A stretch of DNA of 63,960 bases, counting the filler, from Salisapilia sapeloensis CBS 127946 (taxonomy: Eukaryota; Protista; Oomycota): the NCBI GenBank assembly GCA_023334545.1. It is 11 parts of 11 records of this genome, joined end to end, with 100 filler letters (N's around TTAATTAATTAA, not from the genome) between each part and the next. Parts side by side here need not be neighbours in the genome. Positions count along the whole stretch, not along the records: positions 7,126 to 12,656 come from JAADVB010000611.1; positions 12,757 to 28,285 come from JAADVB010000369.1; 9 more parts are not named here. The stretch is one strand, 5' to 3'. Positions 12,140 through 23,137 of this stretch are shown piece by piece. The notes under the pieces are model-generated. The model did no database searches. It was not told where the DNA came from and worked only from the letters and a program-made list of their open reading frames with translations. Every line of letters begins with the position of its first letter. The first letter of the stretch is position 1. Made by a program: the position numbers and the translations under genes.

Positions 12140-12655
12140 TCACCATGAACGATCCTTTAGGATACTCCGTAGCTTATATGCAATTTCCGTCGCGCGCGGA
12201 CGCTCAATGGGATTAAAGGAAAGACATCGCATGCCCAAGTCTCGAATGGCAGGTGGGCATGTGTCGCTAAAGCTTGGTTGGATCGTACCTTCGGCAACAC
12301 GATTCAATAAGGCAACATCTGCCATCTCACCACCGCTGGATGATTGAGCATCAAAGTACGGCAATTCGTGTGTGTCCAATTCAGAAAGAACGACCCCAAA
12401 AGAATAACAATCGGAACTATCATCGTACGTTCCGTCGCCAGTAAGAACCTCCGGTGCGAGCCATTTGGCCGTTCCAACACCAGTGGTGTTTGTCCCGACT
12501 TCACTCGAGTACCGACTGACACCAAAATCAGTCACTTTAGCTTCATTCATTTCGGACAACAGGATGTTGGGGGACTTGAGATCTCGATGGAGGAGAGGTG
12601 GTAGGAACGAATGCACATAGACCAAGGCTTCTGCAACTCCAACGGCGATACGCAA
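12140..12655 (-). CDS. TKL protein kinase, C-terminal half (5' truncated by contig edge)
   Basis: HRDLKSPNILL, DFGVSR, GVGTAKWLAPEVL, DCYSFGVVLSELDTHELPY, RPRA. Confidence 0.93.
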   Translation of the reverse strand: MRIAVGVAEALVYVHSFLPPLLHRDLKSPNILLSEMNEAKVTDFGVSRYSSEVGTNTTGVGTAKWLAPEVLTGDGTYDDSSDCYSFGVVLSELDTHELPYFDAQSSSGGEMADVALLNRVAEGTIQPSFSDTCPPAIRDLGMRCLSFNPIERPRATEIAYKLRSILKDRSW

Positions 12656-12656
12656 C

Positions 12657-12756
12657 NNNNNNNNNNNNNNNNNNNNNNNNNNNNNNNNNNNNNNNNNNNN
12701 TTAATTAATTAANNNNNNNNNNNNNNNNNNNNNNNNNNNNNNNNNNNNNNNNNNNN
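12657..12756. other. Artificial contig linker
   Basis: 44N-TTAATTAATTAA-44N. Confidence 0.99.
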
Positions 12757-12861
12757 GAGTGGTTTGGTTACTATGGCGGAGGTCCGTACTACGGCTACGG
12801 TTTTGGATACCCAGGCTATGGCTTTGGCGGCTACGGTCCGTATGGCTACCCCGGATGGTAA
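12757..12861 (+). CDS. Gly/Tyr/Pro-rich protein, C-terminal fragment (putative wall or spore structural protein)
   Basis: My translation: EWFGYYGGGPYYGYGFGYPGYGFGGYGPYGYPGW*; open to the contig edge. Confidence 0.6.
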   Translation, partial: EWFGYYGGGPYYGYGFGYPGYGFGGYGPYGYPGW

Positions 12862-13139
12862 CTTGTGCTTCAAGTCGTATTGAGGATATATGAAGCAAGA
12901 GAAGAGCTTAAGATTACAGGAATATAAATGGGCATGTCAGCGTTGATTTCTTGGTTAAAGGAATGTTTGACGCAATAGGAAAGACGCAAAACTCGTTGCA
13001 AGCAACACGCTCAATTTGTTGTTTATGTAAGGAAAGCAAATGCAAAGTTCCGTTTTGGAAGCAAAAGTCTGTTTGGAAGACCACATTGGTGTCAATGGCC
13101 TCCACTTCAGAATCAAAATTGTGCTCCAAATTCTTTGAC

Positions 13140-14879
13140 TTATGCATCGCAGTCTTTGTGAGCAGGTGGCGTCGCCGCGGTGCTGTCGCCCGTAGCGGGA
13201 GTGTCCTTATCAGCCGCAGGAGACTTGTCCTCCGTAGCCGGAGTGTCTTTAGCAGGCGTAGAGTAGTCACCACCAGAGGCAGTGGACTTATCCTCCGTGG
13301 CAGGAGTGTCCTTAGCAGGCGTAGTGTAGTCACCACCGGAGACAGGCGAGTCGTTCTCCGTGGCGGGAGTGCCCTCAGCAGAAGTAGAGTAGTCACCACC
13401 AGCAGACGCCTCAAAGTCACCCTCACCAGGGCTGACTTGACCGGCCTCATCCTCGCTCTCGTCAAGAGTCTCACCGGCAGGGCCTTCACCATCACCAGAT
13501 TCCGGGGCACTGCTGGCATCTTCCGAAGCCGGCTCTTCCTCGCTCTCCTCAGTCTCAGGGAGTTCAACCTCGTCACCGTCCTCGGTCTGACTCGGTGCCA
13601 CCGACGGCGTATCGGTCTCAACACTGGCCTCCTCACTCGCAGAGGCGTCGCCACCGGCACTAGCGCTAGCCTCGGCACTGGCGCTAGTCTCAGCACTGGC
13701 GCTAGCCTCAGCACTGGCGCTAGCCTCAGCACTTGCCTCAGTGGCCGGTACGCTCGGGGTCGTGCAGTCCTCACCTTCACTGCAGACGACACAGACCTGA
13801 GCGTACAGGTCACGACGGCAAGAGCTCTCGTCCGCACACGCGTCCGTGTTGTCCGAGCACGGCGGGTTCTGAGCGTAAAGCTGCTCCTTGGTCGGTAGCG
13901 GCTTCATGTTCGGGTTTGACTTGGTGTACTCGTTGTACTTCTTGACGAGCTTTTCAGCACGCTCGGCATTCGCCTGCTCATCGAATGGATTGGCCCAGAA
14001 GTTGGACTCGAGGTCAGACGTCGGCGTGCAGTCCTGGTTGTTGAAGCCGTCGCACCAGAACTCGGTCTTGCCATCTCTACAGAACTCCTCGTAGTTGGCG
14101 TAGCCCATGTCCGTGATGCCGACGAGGTCATCAATCGGGAGGTAACCAAGGATTTCGTAGCTGAACAGACACTCGCACGGGTTACCATTGGCATCCGTGG
14201 ACGAGTACATGCACTCTCCACCCGGCTCCTGGCCAAAGGCACAGACACCACCAGGAGACTTGGTACGGCACTCTTCCGTCTTGTCGCTGAAGCCACCGAG
14301 GTAGCACGAGTTCGGGAGCGAAAACCAAATGTTGTTCGGGTACGGCGCACGGAGGTCGGTCTCACGGTAGTCACCACCGAGGAAGAGGCCGAGGTCGTCC
14401 TGTCCGTTCGTGCCGCCGAATTGGTAGCACGATTCCGGACGGTTTCCATCGCCGTCGATGATGGTGCACATGCCACCGTCCATAGCAATGAACGGTCCGA
14501 GTTCGTGCAGACCAACGCTGTCGTAGACATCCATCGCGGCCTTTGGCTGCTTGACCTTCATCTCGTAGAAGACGACGTTGGCCATGTTGTTCTTACGGAC
14601 GCAGCCGTTGTCCTTGACGTTGATACCTTCGGCCTGGACGTACATGAGAGCACCTTCGACACTGGCGAGGTTGACCGTGTCCAAAGCACCTTCCCATTTC
14701 TCTTCAAAGTTGTCACCGTAGATGGACATGTAGACACCATGCTCGGCATCCCATTCTGGCGTGTCACCCTGGACGCGAGCCAAGATGGACGTGACGGTCT
14801 TGAATTCGTCACCAGGGACAGCGGCCGTGGCGACGGCGAGCGCACTGGCGACGGTCGAAGCGAAAAGCTGTGTCTTCAT
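13140..14879 (-). CDS. Secreted oomycete mucin-like cell-wall protein (Cys-rich globular domain + acidic Ser/Thr/Ala/Pro repeat tail), 579 aa
   Basis: Signal peptide MKTQLFASTVASALAVATAA; block LDTVNLASVEGALMYVQAEGIN...CVRKNNM, which I recall from oomycete mucin-like proteins; ASAEAS and GGDYxTPAKDTPATEDKS repeats. Confidence 0.85.
   Translation of the reverse strand: MKTQLFASTVASALAVATAAVPGDEFKTVTSILARVQGDTPEWDAEHGVYMSIYGDNFEEKWEGALDTVNLASVEGALMYVQAEGINVKDNGCVRKNNMANVVFYEMKVKQPKAAMDVYDSVGLHELGPFIAMDGGMCTIIDGDGNRPESCYQFGGTNGQDDLGLFLGGDYRETDLRAPYPNNIWFSLPNSCYLGGFSDKTEECRTKSPGGVCAFGQEPGGECMYSSTDANGNPCECLFSYEILGYLPIDDLVGITDMGYANYEEFCRDGKTEFWCDGFNNQDCTPTSDLESNFWANPFDEQANAERAEKLVKKYNEYTKSNPNMKPLPTKEQLYAQNPPCSDNTDACADESSCRRDLYAQVCVVCSEGEDCTTPSVPATEASAEASASAEASASAETSASAEASASAGGDASASEEASVETDTPSVAPSQTEDGDEVELPETEESEEEPASEDASSAPESGDGEGPAGETLDESEDEAGQVSPGEGDFEASAGGDYSTSAEGTPATENDSPVSGGDYTTPAKDTPATEDKSTASGGDYSTPAKDTPATEDKSPAADKDTPATGDSTAATPPAHKDCDA
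13185..13410 (-). repeat. Coding tandem repeat, about 57-bp unit (GGDY[S/T]TPAKDTPATEDKS-like)
   Basis: About 3-4 degenerate copies visible in DNA and protein. Confidence 0.75.
13658..13740 (-). repeat. Coding tandem repeat, 18-bp unit (CACTGGCGCTAGCCTCAG on + strand; ASAEAS)
   Basis: About 4 near-identical copies. Confidence 0.85.
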
Positions 14880-14923
14880 GACGTTCGAAGGTTGGAAGAC
14901 TCTTACTCCGGTGGAGACGGGTA

Positions 14924-14939
14924 AAAAGTGGAAATGGCT
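14924..14939 (-). promoter_or_regulatory. INR/FPR-like core promoter upstream of mucin-like gene
   Basis: Minus-strand AGCCATTTCCACTTTT resembles GCTCATTYBNNNWTTY, about 45 nt upstream of the ATG at 14879. Confidence 0.45.
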
Positions 14940-15669
14940 GTGGCACCAGCAGCGTGGGCAGAAGGCATTACAACTACGCGATGCCTGGATACGCTCGTCG
15001 AAGACTAAGCTGACGCAAGAAGCTCATCATGTAACGAAATACGATGATTCATGGTATTTAAATCACGCTGAGATAGATGTATGTTAATCTTCTACTAGTC
15101 GAAAGCAGCACGTAGACGTGTCTGCGAAAAGCTCCCTTTCATGTTCAAGAGGAGAGGAACGACAGGATCGAGATGACAGCCGCAGTCTGGTACGAGATCT
15201 CCTTCCGTCGTACCATTGAGCTGAGTCGACAACCAGACGACTGGCTGATAGAAGGCTCCATGTAGGGTGAGTTTTATACCGCCACACACACAAGATGTAT
15301 CAGGCCACTAACAATATACGTGGCTATTCGAAGTAGGCTAAACTCAATCAAAGACACCGTAGGAAGGACAGGAAAGAGGAAAGTTGACTGAATAGACTGT
15401 CATTAGCTTGTGTGTGTTACGAAGAACATAAGTGGGCAGGGAAGAGTTATTCCTTGAATATCCGTTCAAGTCGCTCTCTCTTTCGACTTGTTATCCCACT
15501 TTTTAATCGTTCTGATCGGTGTAATGACTTGGCTGCTTGCGCGTATCCACATGATCTCCCACGCTCCCTCTCGATTTGGTGGCAAGAAAAGAAAAGAAAA
15601 AGACAATGATTGGTTGCGCTTCGTATTCTTTATTTGGTTATCCAAAATCCATACATGGCCACCGGTCGC

Positions 15670-16254
15670 CTAGCAGACCGAGTCGAATGCAGCAAACTGC
15701 TTCGATAGACTACGGTTGAGCGAGCAGTGGGATACCGGGTGCTCGTCCATATCTTGGACGGCCGGGTCACTTACATTTGTTCCTTTGCCGACCATTTGGA
15801 CGGCCGCATCCAACGACTTGGACTTTTCTGCCACATCATTGTACGAAGAGCTAAAGTAGCGGCTGTCGCGGACACCCAGAAAGTCCATAAGTATTTGCAC
15901 GACGCCCTTGCGGGTGGAACACTGCTGGAGCTCATGAGGCTGGCGCCGTCTCAGCTCGCACAGCACGCGGAGCAAAAAGTCGCGCAAGCTCTGCTCGTCA
16001 CACGTCCGGAGGTTGGCCATTGGCGAGCAAGCGGCGCAGACTTCACACACTGAGTCCTCCGACTTGTTCCGCGCCATGGCGCCGACGAGTCTGAACATGT
16101 GGATGACGCTCTTCAGGTCGTCCTTGGTCTTGTACGCAGACGTGGAGGATCCTTTCGCCGATACTTTGACCTGATACATCTTGGTGCCGCCCATTGCCGG
16201 CGCTTCCGACACGCGGACTTGGAGGCAGCAGTCACCAGCACAATCGTCTCTCAT
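15670..16254 (-). CDS. Hypothetical protein, 194 aa (CxxCxxC motif)
   Basis: Uninterrupted GC-rich ORF with protein-like composition (CEVCAAC; FLLRVLCEL; QILMDFLGVRD). Family not identified. Confidence 0.65.
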   Translation of the reverse strand: MRDDCAGDCCLQVRVSEAPAMGGTKMYQVKVSAKGSSTSAYKTKDDLKSVIHMFRLVGAMARNKSEDSVCEVCAACSPMANLRTCDEQSLRDFLLRVLCELRRRQPHELQQCSTRKGVVQILMDFLGVRDSRYFSSSYNDVAEKSKSLDAAVQMVGKGTNVSDPAVQDMDEHPVSHCSLNRSLSKQFAAFDSVC

Positions 16255-16805
16255 CGCTCTTGTATTTGCGTGTGTGTGTGTTTTTTAAATAGTGGCAAGA
16301 GATCGTTTCAAGTTGTGAACAAAGTCACGGCACGGCGCGTGAATTCTGACACGAAAGAAGGTCGTGGATGAAGCCCAACTTGAACGAGGCTCTCGGGTCC
16401 AGCGGCGCGTTTTCGAGTGAGCTGTGAAGTGGAAAGGAAGGAGCGGCCAGGGTCGAGGGTCGGATGGCTAGCGTTACTGGAAATTTGACCGCCTGTCAAA
16501 CGTCTGATTGGATATTGCGAATTTGTAGCTGGGTGTATTCAAGGTCGCAGACTCGCTCTTCTTGATGGGAGAGGCGTGATTGGTGAAAATTATACGCGAT
16601 GACCGGGTGCACTGAATTTTTATCCCTTTTTCGCAGTTAGAGACGACAGGACGTGTCGTGTGGAGACGATCTTCTCGTACGAAGACATGGCCTTGTAAAA
16701 GTATACATCTAGAATGTTTACTACGTAAATCAGCTGATACTTTTTACCCATCCTTTGGTTATCTTTCGCACCTGCGTGATGAAATTCTTTTCTTTTTTTC
16801 CAAAG

Positions 16806-19442
16806 TTAAACGTCATGTCGTTCTTCGTACGCGACCGTTCGAAGGACGCGGATCGCAATGTCGAGATCCTGGTCGCAAATTTTTTCCCACTGTCCCTCCA
16901 CACGCGCAACTTGCCGTACGAGCCGTTTCACCGTCGCGATCTTGCTTTCTGTGTTCTCGGTGCTCTCTGTCTCTTCAACCGGCAACGTCGAAGCAGGTGA
17001 CGTCGATAGAAAATTGCCTTTCGCTTCCTTGCACTTGATGCCTTCTACGTACGCGAGAAAGCCAGACCTTGCACTTGCACTTGGCAAGTGAAAGCCCAGG
17101 TGCGTGGGTACGTTGCTTTTCGCTAAAAAGCGATAGAGAGCAGCCATACACGCCTCTTGTCCCAGCGTTTCCGACAGCCAGAGACAAGCGAATGCACGTG
17201 TAAAGAGCGCATGCACACAAGAAACGTCCGCTGGCGTCGTCACCTGTACATCCGACAGCGTTTCTTCAATGCAACCTAGTAAAACGACTCGAATCTCGTC
17301 TGATGGGTGGCTTTCACCTATGACTACGATCGATTCAAGTACTTGAACAAATTGCTCTTGTCGATTCCGCTTCAATATCGGACCAAGCGGATGTAGTAGT
17401 TTCAACAGCGCTTCTAACACCGGTTGGAGGCTGCGATCAGATAGTAGATACTTGGCAGCGAGGGATACACTCTTCGTAGTCAATTGCACGAGAATACATT
17501 CTAATTCGACGCGTTCATTCGTGTCTTGCTTTTGCTGTCGATTCACAAGAATCAATCGACCTAAGATCGCACCAATCCGTAGGTTACTTGCACTCGAAAA
17601 CATCGATGACGGCATCTCTGCCAGTAAAAACTGCCAGAACTCAAAAGTTAGACGCAACGTACGATCAATCCAATCCTCTACCACTTGCTCTTTCGCAAGA
17701 TACAAAAGTACATTTGCATCTGTGCAAAGTAGCTCCAGTAACTTCCATACACGTTCTCGTTCGTTGGTCATGTCATACTGTATCGGTCCATTCGCCAATG
17801 CTTCTTCCACTTCCTTATCAAAGTATTCGACTAGTAGCTTTTGCATGTCGGAATCAACGACAGGATAGAGATATTGTACGAGATGTTCTATATACTCCAT
17901 GCCATCCGACTGGAGATACCAATCAATCAAACTAGACCACATCGCTTGTTTCTGCCTACGATCTAAATACTCATGACAAAGAAGCTCTTGCATCACGTTC
18001 ATTGCAACGATCCGAATTGGACCGGACGGATGGACACACTGCTTCAACAACAAGACGTGGAGACTAGACAAGTCCGTGACGAACGTACAAAGGTGCACAA
18101 GCGGAGTGATAAAGAGAGTCAAATGTGGAGGAACGCTTGTGAACTGTTGAAAGAGCAGTTGGAGAGCCGCTAGTAGCTGCGTGTCTTGATCGAATGCAGT
18201 CGTAGCTCTGTCCTCTTCTTCCAACTCACTCGTGTCGACACTCCGCAGGTCTTGACTATCTGCCATGACAGTCGCTGTGAGCAGGATATAGCTAGCATGA
18301 TGTTTCTGAGCATCTTGGAAGCGGGACTGGAAGTCGTCTGAGAAGAGGAGAGTAGACATGGTTTCCGCGACGGAGGCAGGAAGGACAGAGGTACTGGTTG
18401 GTGGTAGTAAGAAAGATGTGATAGATGAGATGGACTGCAGGATTAGACTTTGCAGAGGAGATAGAGAGGAGACGTCTAGTAGGTGAGAAATAACGAAAAG
18501 TAACGTCTGTAAGAGCTCTTCTAGCCACTACAAACGCATATGAGACCAAGAGAAATGGAAGCAACGTATGCAGAACTACCTGAGGGGATGCGTGGCTAGC
18601 GAAACGGTGGAATTGGGTGTGGAAAGCTTTCCAGAAGAGCTGGAATGCACGTAAACGATGCTTGGACTCGGCGATAAGCTCGCTTTCGATCGAAATAGGA
18701 AGGAGTATACGTTCAATGGCGTAGCGTGCAGCTTCCAGCATGTCTTTAACAACGAAAGAAGATGGGGATTCGATCTGGGAAGAATTTAAAAGCAGCTCGC
18801 CGAACCTTGTGGATAGTTTCGTCAAGTTCTACGTCCGTAGAGGTTATAAAAATACACTACACGCTTTTTATTCTACTCATATACCTTCCAAATGAACGTC
18901 ATGAGCCTTAGATGAACTATATTTGCTTCTGCTTTCTCCACAACTGTCTGATGAGTATGAAAGAGGTACTTGGCACTGTTTAATATCCATTCTTTCATCT
19001 CGTCTGTCGTCTCTTGGACTCTATTTGTCATTTGGAAGAGCTCTTGTAAGCTTAAATTACCACACTCGATCCATGTTGCTTCCTGCGTTTGAATAATAGC
19101 TTGAGAACTGCATAAAGCAGTAGATATAAATGGTAAAACTTGTCTCCAGATGCTAATGGAGGTCGTAGAATCCTGTTCTTCCTGATCACAATAAGATTTT
19201 AAAGTTCTATGGATAAAAGAGAAGAGAGGAACGAGATCTGTGTCACATGCATCAATGCATGTAGGCGCGATAGGCAGTAGAAGCTGTAGCACTTGCGCAG
19301 TGCATGCAGTGTCAACGGCTACTTGGTCCACTGGGTCAGATAAATTGACCGACACCCAGTGACGGAGACTGGTAATGTCTTTAGATGCACATATAACACT
19401 TAAACCATCGATATCGATGGAAGTGGCAGCTGGAGACGCCAT
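16806..19442 (-). CDS. Multi-exon helical-repeat (ARM/HEAT-like) hypothetical protein
   Basis: Three consecutive Leu-rich minus-strand ORFs (18873..19583, 18292..18825, 16806..18359). One GT-AG intron resolved at 18829..18884; probable start MASPAATS at 19442; other introns not resolved. Confidence 0.65.
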
Positions 19443-20027
19443 GAACGAGTAGCTCGATTGGTGCAAACTCTCGTGGTGGCGTTTTAGTGTCTTTGAAGTT
19501 GACTGTCTGATAATCATACATCCAACAACTACAAAACTGCACACCACCATCATGAAAACTGAAGCATTTGCAGACGTGTACATGATATAGTAAGAGTTTA
19601 TACACTGAAAACATACAACACAGAGCTATATGATGCTAATCGTATAGCAAAACTTGTTGCCAGATCGATCGAATGCCTTTAAAATGGATACTCTATCGAT
19701 TCAGCAGAGTTATATTAGACAGTAGTGAGCATAAATATAATTCCATTTGTCTCGCTTTCATGCTGTATGAACAGCATCGGCATGATCTAACAATCTCCTG
19801 TACCTATGCTTACATTCTACACTGCACTCTATCTCTCGTTAATCGACGAGTGAATGCATCAACGGTGTATAGCTCCTTGTCATGATAACTTCAATACAAC
19901 TACAACACCATGGCTCTACGTCCACTACCTTTGTCCAGGGAACTTTTAAAGACACAAGAGGTATCTTGAAAGTGTCCGACGTAATGTATTGACTAAAAGA
20001 CTCGGGAAGATCTAGTACCTCCACGAT

Positions 20028-21564
20028 CTAGTTTTCTTCTAAAATCGGAATGAAAAGAGGTTTCTCCAGCACAAATGGCATCTTCTCTAGCTCTTCACAC
20101 ATCGAACGCACTTGGCTCAGCTTGGCCTTGTCCGTCGTCACGACGAACTGGACGCTACTGCGATCCACGATAGGTGCCTGGAGGACGGCAAAGATGGACA
20201 CACCGGACTTTTCAGCTAATTCACCCACGCTCTTGATGATACCCGTGCCATCCGAGATGGTCATACGGACAAAGAACTGCGCATCATAGTTCGGCTCGAG
20301 CTGCGCAGGCGCATCGGCATTGAACGGGGCTGTGGTCATCTCGTTCTTAGACAGCTGCAGGATGTCGTTCATGACCGAATTGGCCGTCGGGAAGCGTCCA
20401 GCGCCTTCACCGACCAACGCACTCGAGTTGAGATTGTCCGACCAGATGTTAACCATGTTGGTGGCGCCGTTAATGCTCGCAATGACGTTGGAGCGGGAGA
20501 CGACGACTGGCGACACGTACACAGCAATCTGCTGCGGTGTTGAGTCAGTCGCTGGAGCGAGACGCTTGGCCACACCCAGGAGCTTGATGGTACTGTTCAT
20601 CATCTTGGCGTATCCAAAGTCAGCCGACGTGATGCGAGAAATACCGGTGGTCGGAATCTCACTTGGCTTCACAGCACTTCCAAACGACAGTTTGGTCAGA
20701 AGCGCCAATTTCGACTGGACGTCAAATCCATCTACATCAGCACTCGGGTCAGCCTCCGCGAAACCAAGGTCCTGTGCCTCCTTCAGGACAGCGTCGTAGG
20801 CCACGCCCTCTGCTTCCATCTACATTTCCACGGTTTAGTTCACTTCTCTAGGTCATTTTGGAGATATACAAAGCTAAATGTTGCATAATGGCAGGTTTAC
20901 TATTTAAATAGGGTAGAACCACCATCAACAATGTTAAATTGGCTAGAATCATGAAGATACTAGATGATGGATAGAGTATATAGTGAAGATAAGATATAAA
21001 ACTTTGCCAAAGTAGCCGTATTGCGCGTAGACGTACCTTAGATAGCATGTAGTTGGTAGTGCCGTTCATGATGCCAGCGATCTCCGTGATGCTGTCGCTG
21101 CTAAAGTCGCCCTGGAGGGTGTGGATGATCGGGATGCCACCACAGACTGCAGCTTCATAGCCGAACTTGACGTTGGGCTGTTGCTTGAGCAAATCCATGA
21201 TCTCGGGTAGGTAGTTGGCCAAAAGAGCCTTGTTCGCCGTGATGACGTGCTTGCCACGTTGGATGGCTGTGAAGACGACATCCTTGGCGTCAGTCACGCC
21301 GCCCATAAGTTCAACGACGCAATTGATAGACTCATCGTCTAGAATGTCATTGTACTTGGACGTGAAAGTAGTTTGCTTGGAATCCAAGGATGGCACGTCT
21401 CGTTCCTTTTGCAAGTTCTGGACGCAGATTTTAACAATCTGCGCATCAACACCGCTAGCAGCGTACTTGGCAGCCTTGGATGAGTGGTGGAGCAACTCAA
21501 AGACACCGGCACCGACTGTGCCACAGCCAAAGAGACCAATCTTGAGAGGAATACGCGTCACCAT
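20028..21564 (-). CDS. hom: Homoserine dehydrogenase with C-terminal ACT-like domain; exons 21564..21037 and 20819..20028 (439 aa)
   Basis: GLFGCGTVG NAD-binding motif, VITANKALLA, YEAAVCGGIPII, GIMNGTTNYML, GFAEADPSADVDGFD, GEGAGRFPTANSV; GT-AG intron 20820..21036 restores the frame. Confidence 0.93.
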
Positions 21565-21708
21565 GCTTAATACTTTCTATGAGTGCCACGAAGAGAGGAT
21601 TCGAATATATTTATCAGATATAATCGGACGTTTGTACGTGCTTTTCTATAGATACAATCGAAAAGATATGAAATGGCGTATGCGCAAAAATGAGATCTTG
21701 AAAAGGTT

Positions 21709-22524
21709 TTAGGAAGAGCTATTGAGATCCGATGGCACGAAACGGATTGTGAGCGAAGTACGTGTGCCTTGGTTTACTTGGTCGATGCTGTGCAAATAGT
21801 GTTGGTAGGCGTCGTCTTTAAAGAGTAGTAAACTCCGCGGTTCCAATTCAAACTGTACTTCGGGAGACGGAGGAGACGGCGTGTCTGTACTAGTGCGACG
21901 TTTTTGGAAATTCACTCGAGAAGCAGCACCAGTGCTGAGAATGGCGACGAGAGGGTAGTAGCTAGGTCCGTCTGTGTGAGGTAGAATGCCGTCACCGATC
22001 GCATATTCGTTGATGAGCACGTGATTGGGAGTATGTGCTTCGTCGAAAATCTCGTTTTCGACTAGTGATTGAGCAATTGGCTGTAGCCAGGATGGAAGAG
22101 TCTCAGGCTTAAACGGCGCCCTCACCTCCCCACCCCATCGCTGCAGCCTACGATTACGCAGCTCGACCCATTGGTCATTGTTTTCAGACGCGTAGATGCA
22201 GTTTCGAATCGCGTCCTCTTCTGCTTTCGATATCCAATTAGGAATATAGTACACGGTCGGTATATCGCCTTTACGATAAGTCGTGAGGTCTATCGGCGAC
22301 CTACAAGCTACAATTATCCTTCCATTCATCAAAGCGACTACGATGCTCCATTCTCACTACCTTTTCTGCCACTCTGAAAGCACCAATTGACGACATTCGT
22401 TCGCTTTCTTGCTATCAACCGTTTTGCCTGATCCACATGTATCCGTCGAGCTACCTTCTATCTCGTTTTTCTCAGTCACACGAGCGCGACGACGCTCCTC
22501 CTGCATGAGCTGCTTGAAATCCAT
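21709..22524 (-). CDS. ALKBH6: AlkB-family 2OG-Fe(II) dioxygenase, ALKBH6-like; exons 22524..22361 and 22300..21709 (251 aa)
   Basis: VYYIPNWIS, RRLQRWGG, PNHVLINEY, GILPHTDGP (HxD), YLHSI, RTSLTIR; 60-bp GT-AG intron keeps the frame. Confidence 0.88.
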
Positions 22525-23137
22525 ATTCCAATTTGCAATTTGTGTGCGAGTTTGTAGTTTTGCTTCGTCTCATCTTATTCTCATTTAGCATGAATTGGGC
22601 AAAATGGAGACGAGTTGGTCAGCAGATACCTTCGGAAAGCTGGTCAATCTTCCATCCACGCATTCCAACAGTCACACTTGTTCCGAAAGAATCGTTAAAA
22701 GTGAAGAAATCGAAGACAATACCGTTTATTCAAGCTCGTATGTCGATTTTTCATTCCATTCTTCCTATGCCAATTAATGTCTTCGACGATAGATGTACGT
22801 CCATCCAAGTTGCAAACACAGGTATATTCAAACGTATACCAGTAGTGTCTATGAAATGTCCTCACAAATTGGATCGGTTTGATATAGATATTTCGACTTG
22901 GTACGGCGATCGGAGTGTCTGCAGCCGTCTATCAATTCATCACCAATCTCCATGTCATCCCGATTACCAATCGATTGCAAGTCGTAGCTTTATCTCAAGA
23001 AGATGAATGTGTATGTTAGCAATATAGTCATTAAAGTCTTTCTCCTGTAACCTGTTCCGACAGGACATTGGAAACGAAAGCGCACAGGAAGACTTACAGA
23101 ACGCAACGTTCATCACGCATGGACCTAGGTACCGCAT

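Noticed and set aside
8101-14879. RxLR-dEER or Crinkler effector motifs in the secreted proteins
   Set aside because: No RxLR or LFLAK after the signal peptides; the EENR segments sit at the zymogen activation site.
12914-15087. Long overlapping ORFs 12914..13837 (-), 12951..13898 (+), 13904..14530 (-), 14421..14924 (+)
   Set aside because: Shadow frames of the GC-rich, repetitive mucin gene; no independent protein features.
16806-19442. Possible FIRRM/C1orf112 (DUF4487) identity of the helical-repeat gene
   Set aside because: Only a vague resemblance around FIWKNLTKL; needs a profile search, so no symbol was assigned.
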